Source: Thermomicrobiales bacterium (GTDB taxonomy: Bacteria > Chloroflexota > Chloroflexia > Thermomicrobiales > UBA6265). From it: a stretch of DNA of 34,748 nucleotides. Shown in pieces: positions 26,758 to 34,748 of the stretch (positions are counted from its first letter, which is position 1; each line of letters starts with the position of its first letter). Position numbers and translations under genes: made by a program. The notes under the pieces are model-generated. The model ran no database searches. It saw only the letters and a program-made list of their open reading frames with translations, and was not told the origin of the DNA. The DNA lies in the NCBI GenBank assembly GCA_036280495.1, contig DASUQU010000036.1, positions 1-34,748 on the forward strand, in the 5' to 3' direction.

Positions 26758-29010
26758 ATGCCTGAATCACCACCGACCAAACCGCGTCGCGCCGCGGCGA
26801 AGTCGTCGAACTCGACGACGAAAACCAAATCGAAGGTTGCCGCACCGGGGCCCGGTCGTGGCCGCTTGGTGATCGTCGAGTCTCCAGCGAAGGCGAGGAC
26901 CATCGGCAAGTATCTTGGCAGTGGCTACACCGTAAAGGCGTCAATGGGCCACGTTCGTGATCTGCCAAAGAGCACGCTCGGGGTTGACGTCGACGATGAC
27001 TTCGCTCCCACGTACCTCGTGCCGAGGGACAAGACCAAGCTGATCAAGGAGCTCAAAGAGAGCGTGCAGAAGGCGCGCGAGGTCTACTTGGCAACTGACC
27101 CCGACCGTGAGGGCGAGGCCATCGCCTGGCACTTGATTCAGGCTACGGGCGCAGAAGCCAAACCGGTCCATCGCGTGGTCTTCCACGAGATCACTCCACA
27201 GGCCGTGAGCGAAGCGATGGCCAGTCCACGCGACATTGATCCCGATCTCGTGGACGCCCAGCAGGCGCGGCGGGTGCTTGACCGGCTGGTCGGCTACAAG
27301 GTCAGCCCGCTTCTTTGGAAGAAGGTCAAGCGGGGTCTTTCCGCAGGACGCGTCCAGACCGCGGCGCTCCGCATCGTTGTCGAGCGCGAGCGGGAGATTC
27401 AAGCCTTTGAGCCGGTTGAATACTGGTCGATTGAGGCGGAGCTAGCGAAGCAGACGGGAACCGAGCCAAAGCCCAAGGACATATTTCGCGCCGGATTGCA
27501 ACGCGTTCAAGGTAAGAAGATCACCCTCGACAACGCCGAGCAGACAGAGGCGATTCTGGCCGCGCTGGATGGGGCGCACTACCGGGTCGCCGATGTCACG
27601 CGGAAAGAAGTACAGCGTCGGCCATCTCCACCCTTCACGACGAGCACACTTCAGCAAGAGGCTTCTCGCAAGGTCGGTCTGGGCGTACGCCGCACCATGC
27701 AGATCGCGCAGGAGCTCTACGAAGGTATTGATCTTGGTGCCCAGGGGACGCAGGGTCTAATCACCTACATGCGGACCGATTCGACGAATATCGCCTCCTC
27801 GGCGCAATTTGCCGCGCGAGAAGAAATCGCGAGTCGTTACGGGCCTGAGTTCATCCCCGAAAGGCCGCCGGTTTATTCGCGCAAGGCAAAGGGCGCGCAG
27901 GAAGCACACGAGGCAATCCGTCCGACGTCGCCCCGCAGGGACCCGGCAAGCGTGAAGCCGTTCCTGTCCACGCAGCAGTTTCGCCTCTACCAGCTCATCT
28001 GGCAGCGGTTCATCGCCTCGCAAATGTGTCCGGCCGTGCTCGATCAGACGGGAGTGGACGTCGCCGCTGGTCGGGAAGAGGAAATCTCGAGGCCGGGAGA
28101 GCCGCCCTTCTTGTTCCGTGCGACTGGTTCTGTCGTGAAGTTTCCCGGATACATGGCCGTGTACCAGGTGGGAAGGGACGAGGGAGACGCAGCGGACGAG
28201 CTCGAAAAAGGAGCGTTGCCTCCATTGGGAACCGGCGAGGATCTCGATCTTCTGCAACTCCTTCCCGAGCAGCATTTCACCCAGCCGTCGCCGCGATTCA
28301 CGGAGGCATCTCTGGTCAAAGCCCTGGAAGAGAAGGGCATCGGACGCCCGAGCACCTACGCTCCGACAATTGCCACAATTCAGGCCCGTGGCTATGTGGC
28401 GACGGAGGAAAAGAAGCTCGTCGCTACCGAGCTAGGGCTGATCGTCAATGATTTGCTGGTCGAGCACTTCCCGCGCGTCTTCGATGTCGGATTTACCTCC
28501 CAAATGGAAGAGGAGCTCGATGAAATCGCATCCGGCGATCGCGCCTGGGTGCCTACCCTCCACGAGTTCTATGGCCCGTTTGTCGAGACGCTCAGCCGCG
28601 CCGAGCAGACGATGGAGCGGGTTCGGCTGAAGGACGAGCCTGCCGGGGAGGACTGTGAGCGCTGCGGTCGGCCGATGGTCATCAAGTTGGGGAAATTCGG
28701 AAAATTCCAGGCGTGTAGCGGGTTCCCGGATTGTCGAAACGCGCGTCCGCTCCTGACGCGAATCGGCGTGCGCTGTCCAACCTGCGGCGAAGGAGAGGTT
28801 GTCGAGCGTCGGTCGAAGAAGGGTCGCACATTCTTCGGTTGTGAGCGCTACCCGGCCTGCGACTTCGTCTCCTGGAACAAGCCTGTCGAGCACGTATGCC
28901 CTCGTTGCGGCAACGGATATCTGGTCGAGTCCGGACGTCGAGGGCAAGACAAGTGCCCGGTCTGCGGCGTCCTCGTGGAGCGCAGTGCGGAGCTCGCTCG
29001 AGCGGGGTAG
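26758..29010 (+). CDS. topA: DNA topoisomerase I (type IA) with three C-terminal C4 zinc ribbons
   Basis: TOPRIM start [30 protein letters not shown], active-site region ITYMRTDS, and three CxxC...CxxC modules at the C-terminus. A ~35-aa basic Ser/Thr/Lys-rich N-terminal extension depends on ATG 26758 being the true start. In-frame TTG/GTG codons directly before IVESPAK are alternatives, but they lack an SD. Confidence 0.95.
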   Translation: MPESPPTKPRRAAAKSSNSTTKTKSKVAAPGPGRGRLVIVESPAKARTIGKYLGSGYTVKASMGHVRDLPKSTLGVDVDDDFAPTYLVPRDKTKLIKELKESVQKAREVYLATDPDREGEAIAWHLIQATGAEAKPVHRVVFHEITPQAVSEAMASPRDIDPDLVDAQQARRVLDRLVGYKVSPLLWKKVKRGLSAGRVQTAALRIVVEREREIQAFEPVEYWSIEAELAKQTGTEPKPKDIFRAGLQRVQGKKITLDNAEQTEAILAALDGAHYRVADVTRKEVQRRPSPPFTTSTLQQEASRKVGLGVRRTMQIAQELYEGIDLGAQGTQGLITYMRTDSTNIASSAQFAAREEIASRYGPEFIPERPPVYSRKAKGAQEAHEAIRPTSPRRDPASVKPFLSTQQFRLYQLIWQRFIASQMCPAVLDQTGVDVAAGREEEISRPGEPPFLFRATGSVVKFPGYMAVYQVGRDEGDAADELEKGALPPLGTGEDLDLLQLLPEQHFTQPSPRFTEASLVKALEEKGIGRPSTYAPTIATIQARGYVATEEKKLVATELGLIVNDLLVEHFPRVFDVGFTSQMEEELDEIASGDRAWVPTLHEFYGPFVETLSRAEQTMERVRLKDEPAGEDCERCGRPMVIKLGKFGKFQACSGFPDCRNARPLLTRIGVRCPTCGEGEVVERRSKKGRTFFGCERYPACDFVSWNKPVEHVCPRCGNGYLVESGRRGQDKCPVCGVLVERSAELARAG

Positions 29011-29104
29011 CAGCTCGCCGAGAGCCCTAGCTGCGTGTCGACTAGAATCAGCGATTCGAAACCCTGAGGGTTCCGCGCCCGCCGAGCGGCGTTGCCGGCA
29101 CCGC

Positions 29105-29776
29105 ATGCCGAGGAAGTACAAGAACATGCCCCGCCACGAGCGGAATCACGGCTCCGAGTGGAGCTCCAGTACCATTCGCAGCACGACCATCCTCGGTGTC
29201 CTGCGCAATGGCGTCGTTGCGATGGCCGGAGACGGCCAGGTGACCGTCGGAGATGTCGTTCTCAAGCACGGGGCACGAAAAATCCGCACCCTGTACGACG
29301 GCGCCGTGATCGCCGGGTTTGCAGGTGCGGTCGCCGACGCGCTCACGCTGTTCTCGAAATTCGAGACCCAATTGAAGTCGTCGGATGGCAATCTGCGGCG
29401 GGCCGCAGTCGAGCTGGCCAAAGAATGGCGAACCGACCGCTATCTGCGGCGGCTCGAGGCGCAACTCATTGTCGGCGATGCTGAGTCGCTCCTTGTCTTG
29501 TCGGGCGAGGGGGATGTGATCGAACCCGACGACGGCATCGCGGCTATTGGTTCCGGTGCCCCGTACGCCACTGCGGCGGCCAAGGCCCTCCTCGCGCACA
29601 CCGATCTTCACGCGAGAGAGATCGTCGAGTCCGCGATGGGCATTGCCGCTGAACTCTGCATCTTCACCAACGACCGATTTACGATCAATACCGTGCCAGA
29701 ACCGGCTGGATCCCCTTCTGAGGGTGATGCCGAGCTGGATACCGCCGCTTACGAAAAAGCGGACGTTGAGGAATAG
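29105..29776 (+). CDS. hslV: ATP-dependent protease subunit HslV (ClpQ/CodW type) with N- and C-terminal extensions
   Basis: Core [57 protein letters not shown]...GSGAPYA. The only in-frame ATGs after the topA stop are 29105 and 29126, so 26 or 19 residues precede the Thr-Thr. Confidence 0.88.
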   Translation: MPRKYKNMPRHERNHGSEWSSSTIRSTTILGVLRNGVVAMAGDGQVTVGDVVLKHGARKIRTLYDGAVIAGFAGAVADALTLFSKFETQLKSSDGNLRRAAVELAKEWRTDRYLRRLEAQLIVGDAESLLVLSGEGDVIEPDDGIAAIGSGAPYATAAAKALLAHTDLHAREIVESAMGIAAELCIFTNDRFTINTVPEPAGSPSEGDAELDTAAYEKADVEE

Positions 29777-29781
29777 GCGAG

Positions 29782-31257
29782 ATGGTCGAGGCACAACCGC
29801 GCACTGCCCCAACGCAGCCGAGTGGACGACCAGGGACGGACGCCGCGATCGATGCGCCGATCATGGAAGATCTCACCCCGGCCCAGATCGTCGCGGAGTT
29901 GGACCGCTTTATCATCGGCCAGACCGATGCCAAGCGGGCAGTGGCAGTGGCCCTCCGCAACCGGTTCCGGCGCCAGCTCCTTCCAGAAGAGATGCGTGGC
30001 GAAGTGGTGCCAAAGAACATCCTGATGATGGGCCCGACCGGGGTCGGCAAGACGGAGATCGCCCGGCGTGTCGCGAAGATCGTCGATGCTCCATTTGTCA
30101 AAGTCGAAGCGACGCGCTTCACCGAGGTCGGCTTTGTGGGACGCGACGTCGAGTCCATCGTCCGCGAGCTCTGCGAGGTCGCGATCGACATGCTTCATAG
30201 CCGGCGTCTGGAGCAGGTCAAGGACGAGGCCGATCAGGCAGCAAGACAGCGATTGGTCGCGTTACTGGCGGAGCAACTGGCGGCCAACGCGGCGGGCCGC
30301 AACGGGCGCGCCGGGGCTATGGCCGGAGTGCCGGGCCCCAAGCGCGCCACAGCCGCCGAAGAGCGGCGGCGCAAACGCGAACAGGATCGTCTCCTCGCGC
30401 TGCTGAACGAGGACGCGCTGGAGGAAGAAACGGTCGAGATCGAGGTCGATCCACAGTTTGCCGACAATCCATATGAAGCGGTTGGCGGAATGTCCCCGGA
30501 CGAGCTCTATGACTCGTTTCAGGATTTCTTGGACGGCTACGTGCCACCGCCACGACGATCCCGGCGGCGGGTATCGGTGCGAGAGGCGCGCCGCATTCTG
30601 GCGCAGCAGGAAGAGGACCGCTTGGTCGACTGGGACACGGTAATCGAAACGGCAGTGCGCCGCGTGGAGCAGGCCGGAGTCGTTTTCATCGACGAGATCG
30701 ACAAGACGATCAATGCGGATGGCGAGTATTCGGGCGAAGTGTCGGGAGAGGGTGTGCAACGGGATCTACTGCCGATCGTGGAAGGGTCGGTGGTGATGAC
30801 GCGGTACGGACCGGTCCGGACCGACCACATTCTGTTCATTGCCGCCGGGTCGTTTCACAATACCCGGCCGGCCGATCTCATTCCGGAGCTGCAGGGGCGG
30901 TTTCCGATCCGAGTTGAGCTGCAAAGCCTGACAGAAGATGACCTCTACGCCATTCTGACGGAGCCTGAGAACGCGCTCACCAAGCAGAGTGTTGCGTTGC
31001 TGGCGACCGAGGGTGTCGAACTGAGTTTCGAAGGCGAGGCGCTGCGGGAGATGGCACACCTGGCCACGGCCGTGAATGCGGAAACCGAGGACATCGGTGC
31101 GCGCCGGCTGCACACGATCATCGAGCGCGTGATCGAAGAAATCTCGTTCGATGCTCCGGATCACAAGGGCGAAACGATCGTGATCGACGCCTCTTTCGTC
31201 AGCGAGCGGGTCGGAGACGTCGCCGCCGACGAGGACCTCAGTTCGTATATTCTCTAG
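29782..31257 (+). CDS. hslU: ATP-dependent protease ATPase subunit HslU (ClpY)
   Basis: LTPAQIVAELDRFIIGQTDAKRAVAVALRNR, Walker A GPTGVGKTEIARR, Walker B VFIDEIDK, I-domain insertion, C-terminal GARRLHTIIERV. ATG 29782 lies 8 nt after GAGGAA. ATG 29863 (MEDLTP) is an alternative without an SD. Confidence 0.93.
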   Translation: MVEAQPRTAPTQPSGRPGTDAAIDAPIMEDLTPAQIVAELDRFIIGQTDAKRAVAVALRNRFRRQLLPEEMRGEVVPKNILMMGPTGVGKTEIARRVAKIVDAPFVKVEATRFTEVGFVGRDVESIVRELCEVAIDMLHSRRLEQVKDEADQAARQRLVALLAEQLAANAAGRNGRAGAMAGVPGPKRATAAEERRRKREQDRLLALLNEDALEEETVEIEVDPQFADNPYEAVGGMSPDELYDSFQDFLDGYVPPPRRSRRRVSVREARRILAQQEEDRLVDWDTVIETAVRRVEQAGVVFIDEIDKTINADGEYSGEVSGEGVQRDLLPIVEGSVVMTRYGPVRTDHILFIAAGSFHNTRPADLIPELQGRFPIRVELQSLTEDDLYAILTEPENALTKQSVALLATEGVELSFEGEALREMAHLATAVNAETEDIGARRLHTIIERVIEEISFDAPDHKGETIVIDASFVSERVGDVAADEDLSSYIL

Positions 31258-31297
31258 CCATAGGTCCAGGCCAAGGCACGTTACAGGCGCCGTGTTC

Positions 31298-31327
31298 TTG
31301 ACACATAAAATTGGGCAATGCTATCGT
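31298..31327 (+). promoter_or_regulatory. Candidate promoter for oppBCA (TTGACA-18 nt-TATCGT)
   Basis: By-eye hexamers at 31298-31303 and 31322-31327, in the locally AT-richer part of the 251-nt hslU-oppB gap. Confidence 0.3.
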
Positions 31328-31508
31328 CGCGCTGTTCAACCACGAGGTGCACACTGACGACCTTGACGACGGTGTTAGGTCGCGTTGACGTTATCGGGAG
31401 CCGGGTCACCACGACGTCCGCTGAGCCCGGGTGGCGGGCAGCCTTGGTGCGGGGGCTCTCGTCGCTCCCGCGATCGGCGAAGACTCCCGTGAGGAGGCCG
31501 GACCCCGC

Positions 31509-32441
31509 ATGATGAGATTTGCTATGAACCGGATCTTCTGGTTCATCCCGACCATCCTGGTGATGGCCGCGTTCACGTTCCTGATCATGCATGCCACGCC
31601 GGGGAGCCCATTTGATGTCAGCGACAAGCAGCGACCCGAAGATATCCGGCGGCTGGAGGCCCTCTACGGCCTTGATAAACCGCTCCCAGAGCAATTCGTC
31701 CTCTACCTCTGGAACGCCGCCCATCTCGACTTCGGCATTTCCTACCATGCCCGTCCTCAGACCGTAAACGAGATCATCGGCCGAACCTTCCCCATCTCTC
31801 TTCATCTGGGTGCGATGGCAACGCTCTTTGCCGTCGTGGTTGGCATGACGTTGGGTGTGCTCGCCGCAGTAAATCAGAACGGCTGGCTCGACTACACGTC
31901 CGTGACAATGGCAGTCCTCTTTTACAGCATGCCGAGCTTCGTGATGGGGTTTTTGCTCATCTTGCTCTTTGTCGTCTGGCTCCCCGACATCGGAGTCAAC
32001 CTCGGGTTTCGGGTCGGGGGATGGGACCGGCCAATCGATTGGATCCTGCCTACCATCGCACTCGGCGCGGCACCGCTGGCCACCCTCGCGAGATACACCC
32101 GCTCCAGCATGATCGAAGTCATCCGCTCCGATTTCGTGCGAACGGCCCGCGCTAAGGGGCTGACCGAGGAGGGCGTCGTCTCCAAACACGTCCTCAAGAA
32201 CGCGCTCATTCCTGTCGTGACCTTGATCGGTCCCATATTCGCCGCCGTCGCAACCGGGTCGTTTTTCGTCGAGCAGGTGTTCAATATCCCCGGTATGGGC
32301 AAGTTCTTCGTGACCAGCATGCAGGTCAAGGATCAGCCCATGATCCTCGCCGTCGTTCTCCTCTACGGGGTCTTTCTGGCGATCATGAACCTCCTGGTCG
32401 ATCTGACCTACGGGGTGATCGACCCGAGGATTCGATACTAA
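31509..32441 (+). CDS. oppB: Peptide (Opp/Dpp-type) ABC transporter permease
   Basis: N-terminal TM FWFIPTILVMAAFTFLIMHATPGSPF, the EAA-loop region ARYTRSSMIEVIRSDFVRTARAKGL, and C-terminal DLTYGVIDPRIRY. ATG 31509 follows GAGGAGG (31491-31497). The ORF-track start at 31431 adds 26 atypical residues. Confidence 0.88.
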   Translation: MMRFAMNRIFWFIPTILVMAAFTFLIMHATPGSPFDVSDKQRPEDIRRLEALYGLDKPLPEQFVLYLWNAAHLDFGISYHARPQTVNEIIGRTFPISLHLGAMATLFAVVVGMTLGVLAAVNQNGWLDYTSVTMAVLFYSMPSFVMGFLLILLFVVWLPDIGVNLGFRVGGWDRPIDWILPTIALGAAPLATLARYTRSSMIEVIRSDFVRTARAKGLTEEGVVSKHVLKNALIPVVTLIGPIFAAVATGSFFVEQVFNIPGMGKFFVTSMQVKDQPMILAVVLLYGVFLAIMNLLVDLTYGVIDPRIRY

Positions 32442-32507
32442 GTGGTGGCGCCCGTGCCGCTGCTCGCTTCAGTCCAACTGGCCTGACGACCCAGGCGAGG
32501 AAGTCGA

Positions 32508-33542
32508 ATGGCGCAATCGCACCGGCAGAGCCAGCCTCTCGACTCTGCGAATCTTGCCCTCAGAAACACGGACACGGCTGTGCCCGCCCCGCCGTGGCAA
32601 GCCGAGGACCAGATCGAGGACGCGGTCGCTCCGGGGCAGCGCGACACCCCAACAGTCGGGCTGGGTGGGGAGCTGACCACGCGCAAGCAGCGCAGCCTGT
32701 GGACCGACGCTTGGAGACGCCTGCGACGAAACAAGCTCGCGGTCGTTGGACTTTTCCTCGTCGCCGCGTTTTCGCTGATCGCGATTTTTGCACCAGCGAT
32801 TGCGCCCTACGGCCAGGCTGAAGTCGTCGACTTCAGACTCGCAAGGGACGCGCCCTCGTGGACCTGGCCGATGGGGCTTGATGCCAACGGGCGCGACATG
32901 TTCAGTCGTATGGCCTATGGCGCGCGGGTTTCGCTCGTGGTTGGGGTCCTCGCGCAGGCGATCGTACTCCTGATCGGGGTACCGATCGGCGCTCTTGCTG
33001 GCTATTTCGGCGGAGCGACGGACAATGTCCTCATGCGACTGGTTGATGTCATCTACGCGATTCCACAACTCCTGATCGTGCTCCTCTTCGTGAACTGGTG
33101 GGGCCCGGGCTTGTTCAACATCTTCCTCGCCATCGGTCTGGTGGGGTGGGTCACCGAGGCACGATTGGTCCGTGGGCAATTTCTTTCTCTGCGGGAGCAA
33201 GAGTACGTCAGCGCCGCACAGGTCGCGGGTGCAAGCGGAACCTACATCATCCGCAAACACATGCTCCCGAACAGCCTCACGCCGATCATCGTAGCATTGA
33301 CGTTTGGCATTCCAACCGCGATTTTCATTGAAGCGGCACTCAGTTACGTCGGGGTCGGCATCCGACCACCTCAGGCCAGCTGGGGTCAGATGGTCGCCGA
33401 GGGGAGCAATCCGGGGTACATCGAGACCGATCCGCACATGCTTCTCTTCCCCGTACTAGCCATTGGTCTGACGATGTTGGGCTTCTCCTTCCTCGGCGAT
33501 GGACTCCGTGATGCGCTCGATCCGAAGGGGAGCCGAGACTAG
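32508..33542 (+). CDS. oppC: Peptide (Opp/Dpp-type) ABC transporter permease
   Basis: SLWTDAWRRLRRNKLAVVGLFLV, the EAA-loop region (EARLVRGQFLSLREQEYVSAAQVAGAS), and C-terminal LGDGLRDALDPK. ATG 32508 lies 6 nt after GAGGA. The cytoplasmic N-terminus is unusually long (~64 aa). Confidence 0.88.
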   Translation: MAQSHRQSQPLDSANLALRNTDTAVPAPPWQAEDQIEDAVAPGQRDTPTVGLGGELTTRKQRSLWTDAWRRLRRNKLAVVGLFLVAAFSLIAIFAPAIAPYGQAEVVDFRLARDAPSWTWPMGLDANGRDMFSRMAYGARVSLVVGVLAQAIVLLIGVPIGALAGYFGGATDNVLMRLVDVIYAIPQLLIVLLFVNWWGPGLFNIFLAIGLVGWVTEARLVRGQFLSLREQEYVSAAQVAGASGTYIIRKHMLPNSLTPIIVALTFGIPTAIFIEAALSYVGVGIRPPQASWGQMVAEGSNPGYIETDPHMLLFPVLAIGLTMLGFSFLGDGLRDALDPKGSRD

Positions 33543-33685
33543 TGAGACGCCTTGTTCCAGACTGGGCTCACATTGCGATAAGAGCGTGCCATCCGCTCCC
33601 AACTTCAGACATCCGAGCCGACGCAGGTCCGGCAAGGTTGAATCCTTGGGCGAAAGGAGGGCAGCAGGCGCGCGTCTAGCGCCGG

Positions 33686-33718
33686 CGACGCGGGACGGCG
33701 ACGAGGCCACCCGCGTCG
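33686..33718 (+). other. Perfect 9-bp GC-rich hairpin in the oppC-oppA intercistronic spacer
   Basis: CGACGCGGG (33686-33694) pairs with CCCGCGTCG (33710-33718) around a 15-nt loop. No U-tract follows it. Confidence 0.3.
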
Positions 33719-33767
33719 GTACGTTCCACTCGTGAGTTACCGTCGGATGAAGAAAAGGAGCAAACGC

Positions 33768-34748
33768 GTGGGAACCCGTAAGAACGATCAACTCCGTATT
33801 CTTGGACAGCGCTTCAAGAGCCTTGGCATGAGCCGGCGAAACTTCATGAAGGTCGCCGCCGCGGCCGCGGCCGGCACGGTCACCACGGCCGGAATGGAGC
33901 GATACGTCGGACCCGGAGCGGGCGCCGCCCCGCGAAGAGCGCTGCTGCGGCAGGACTTCGGGCCGGATGAGGTGTTTTATCACTTCTCTCTTCTGAACGA
34001 TCCGGTTACGTTCGACTGGAATCTGAACCTTTACGCCAGTGCCGCACTCGAGGTTTCTTCCGGTCTCCTCACTTTTGATGCGAATCTCAACGCGATTCCC
34101 GACTGGGCGGAGACGTTCACGCCGAACGAAGACGCCTCTGTCTGGACGTTCAACATCCGCCCGGACAACCAGGGCTGGACCAACGGGACCGACACGCGGC
34201 CGGTGACCGCGCAGGATTTCGTCTACTCCTGGGAGCGGCAGCTCAACCCGGCCAATGCCGCCGCATACGCCGGGTTCCTGTTCGACATCAAGAACGCAGA
34301 GAAGTACAACCTCGGCGAAGAAGGAATCGCGCCCGAGGACCTTGGCGTTAAAGCCTTGGACGAGTGGACCCTTGAGGTGACGATGGAGGGTCCACGCGCC
34401 TACTTCCCACAGGTCGTGGGCTATCAGGCCTCCGTGCCCGCGCCCCAGTGGGCGATCGAGGAGCACGGCGCCGATGTGTGGGCCTCTGGGTCCGTTCCTT
34501 TCTGGGCTAACGGCCCGTACAAGCTCGATCGCTGGGAGCACGACGTCGTCGTCGAGATGTCGCCGAACCCAGGTCACTGGTACGTAGAAGAGCTAGACGT
34601 CAAGAAGGCCTTCCTGCCAATCATCCCCGCCGATGCGGCGGTTCTGACTTATGAGCGCGGCGAAGGTGAGCAGAAGCTGGACTGGGTGAACATTCCGGCG
34701 TCTGATCTCACCCGATACCAGGAGGATCCGGAGCTCTCCGAGCAGCTC
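33768..34748 (+). CDS. oppA: Peptide ABC transporter substrate-binding protein (family 5) with a twin-arginine signal; 3' end outside the window
   Basis: My own translation of frame 3, which is open to the window end and therefore absent from the ORF track: ...GMSRRNFMKVAAAAAAGTVTTAG (Tat motif SRRNFMK), then FSLLNDPVTFDWNLN, LLTFDANLNAIPDWAETFTPNEDASVWTFNIRPD..WTNG, typical of SBP family 5. GTG 33768 lies 7 nt after AAAGGAG. In-frame ATG 33747 and ATG 33828 are alternatives. Confidence 0.85.
   Translation, partial: MGTRKNDQLRILGQRFKSLGMSRRNFMKVAAAAAAGTVTTAGMERYVGPGAGAAPRRALLRQDFGPDEVFYHFSLLNDPVTFDWNLNLYASAALEVSSGLLTFDANLNAIPDWAETFTPNEDASVWTFNIRPDNQGWTNGTDTRPVTAQDFVYSWERQLNPANAAAYAGFLFDIKNAEKYNLGEEGIAPEDLGVKALDEWTLEVTMEGPRAYFPQVVGYQASVPAPQWAIEEHGADVWASGSVPFWANGPYKLDRWEHDVVVEMSPNPGHWYVEELDVKKAFLPIIPADAAVLTYERGEGEQKLDWVNIPASDLTRYQEDPELSEQL

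Noticed and set aside
33623-33668. GCAGGTCCGGCAAGG...GGGCAGCAGG, superficially reminiscent of the SRP (4.5S) RNA domain IV core AGGUCCGGAAGGAAGCAGC
   Set aside because: The helix-8 pairing and GGAA tetraloop geometry are not reproduced: UCC-GGCA-AGG cannot form the UCC/GGA stem. An unrelated 22-nt insertion interrupts the motif. An SRP RNA location inside an opp operon spacer is also implausible.
31281-34577. Three long minus-strand ORFs (31281-32189, 32469-33437, 33456-34577) opposite oppB, oppC and oppA
   Set aside because: Each mirrors a plus-strand gene with clear family motifs. The translations are Arg/Asp/His/Pro-rich low-information sequence with no domains I can recognise. The 33456-34577 ORF appears in the track only because the true oppA frame runs off the window and was not listed.
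1-34748. Window-wide look for tRNA/rRNA genes, CRISPR repeats, IS elements or terminal inverted repeats, integrases, toxin-antitoxin pairs and defence-system hallmarks
   Set aside because: No intergenic gap exceeds ~355 nt, and none shows cloverleaf-like or repeat-spacer structure. Every large ORF is assignable to a housekeeping family. I cannot exclude short dispersed repeats without a computational self-alignment.

Overview
GC-rich (about 60-65% G+C by eye) bacterial chromosomal segment, very densely packed. I support 34 protein-coding genes and recognise no rRNA, tRNA, CRISPR array, transposase, integrase or phage genes. The content is core housekeeping. Plus strand: dinG (5' partial), glpX, rho. 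A long minus-strand run from 15459 down to 5152 follows: tyrA, a small membrane protein, a NUDIX hydrolase, uvrB, aroQ, an M24 Xaa-Pro peptidase, efp, accB, xseA, xseB, an AIR-synthase-like protein and an Ntn asparaginase. Next come an SH3b membrane protein (minus) divergent from an M50-CBS protease, then an Rrf2 regulator and a cysteine desulfurase (plus). Then on the minus strand: scpB, scpA, a second M50 protease, oppF, oppD, a GNAT acetyltransferase and an HpcH aldolase. The plus strand closes with dprA, topA, hslV, hslU and oppB, oppC, oppA (3' partial, Tat signal). Several local orders (glpX-rho, pepP-efp-accB...xseA-xseB, dprA-topA-hslV-hslU, Rrf2-cysteine desulfurase, scpA-scpB) resemble Firmicutes- or Chloroflexota-type organisation. 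That fits a GC-rich Chloroflexota/Thermomicrobia-like organism, but I cannot verify this without a database search. I do not see a convincing novel multi-gene system: there are no defence-island or mobile-element hallmarks, and every ORF I accept as coding except one small membrane protein matches a known family. The leads worth a second look are gene-level oddities. They include an apparent ~206-residue low-complexity N-terminal extension on Rho, plus a long leader with a C-rich rut-like tract; an EF-P whose loop tip is Arg32 with no EarP-like gene nearby; an HslV whose catalytic Thr is buried behind a 19-26 residue N-terminal extension; an overlap-coupled AIR-synthase-like / Ntn-hydrolase pair; an accB without accC; a split peptide ABC transporter; and a Thr-rich upstream ORF that ends in an ATGA overlap with oppB. 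All promoter and hairpin calls were made by eye and have low confidence.
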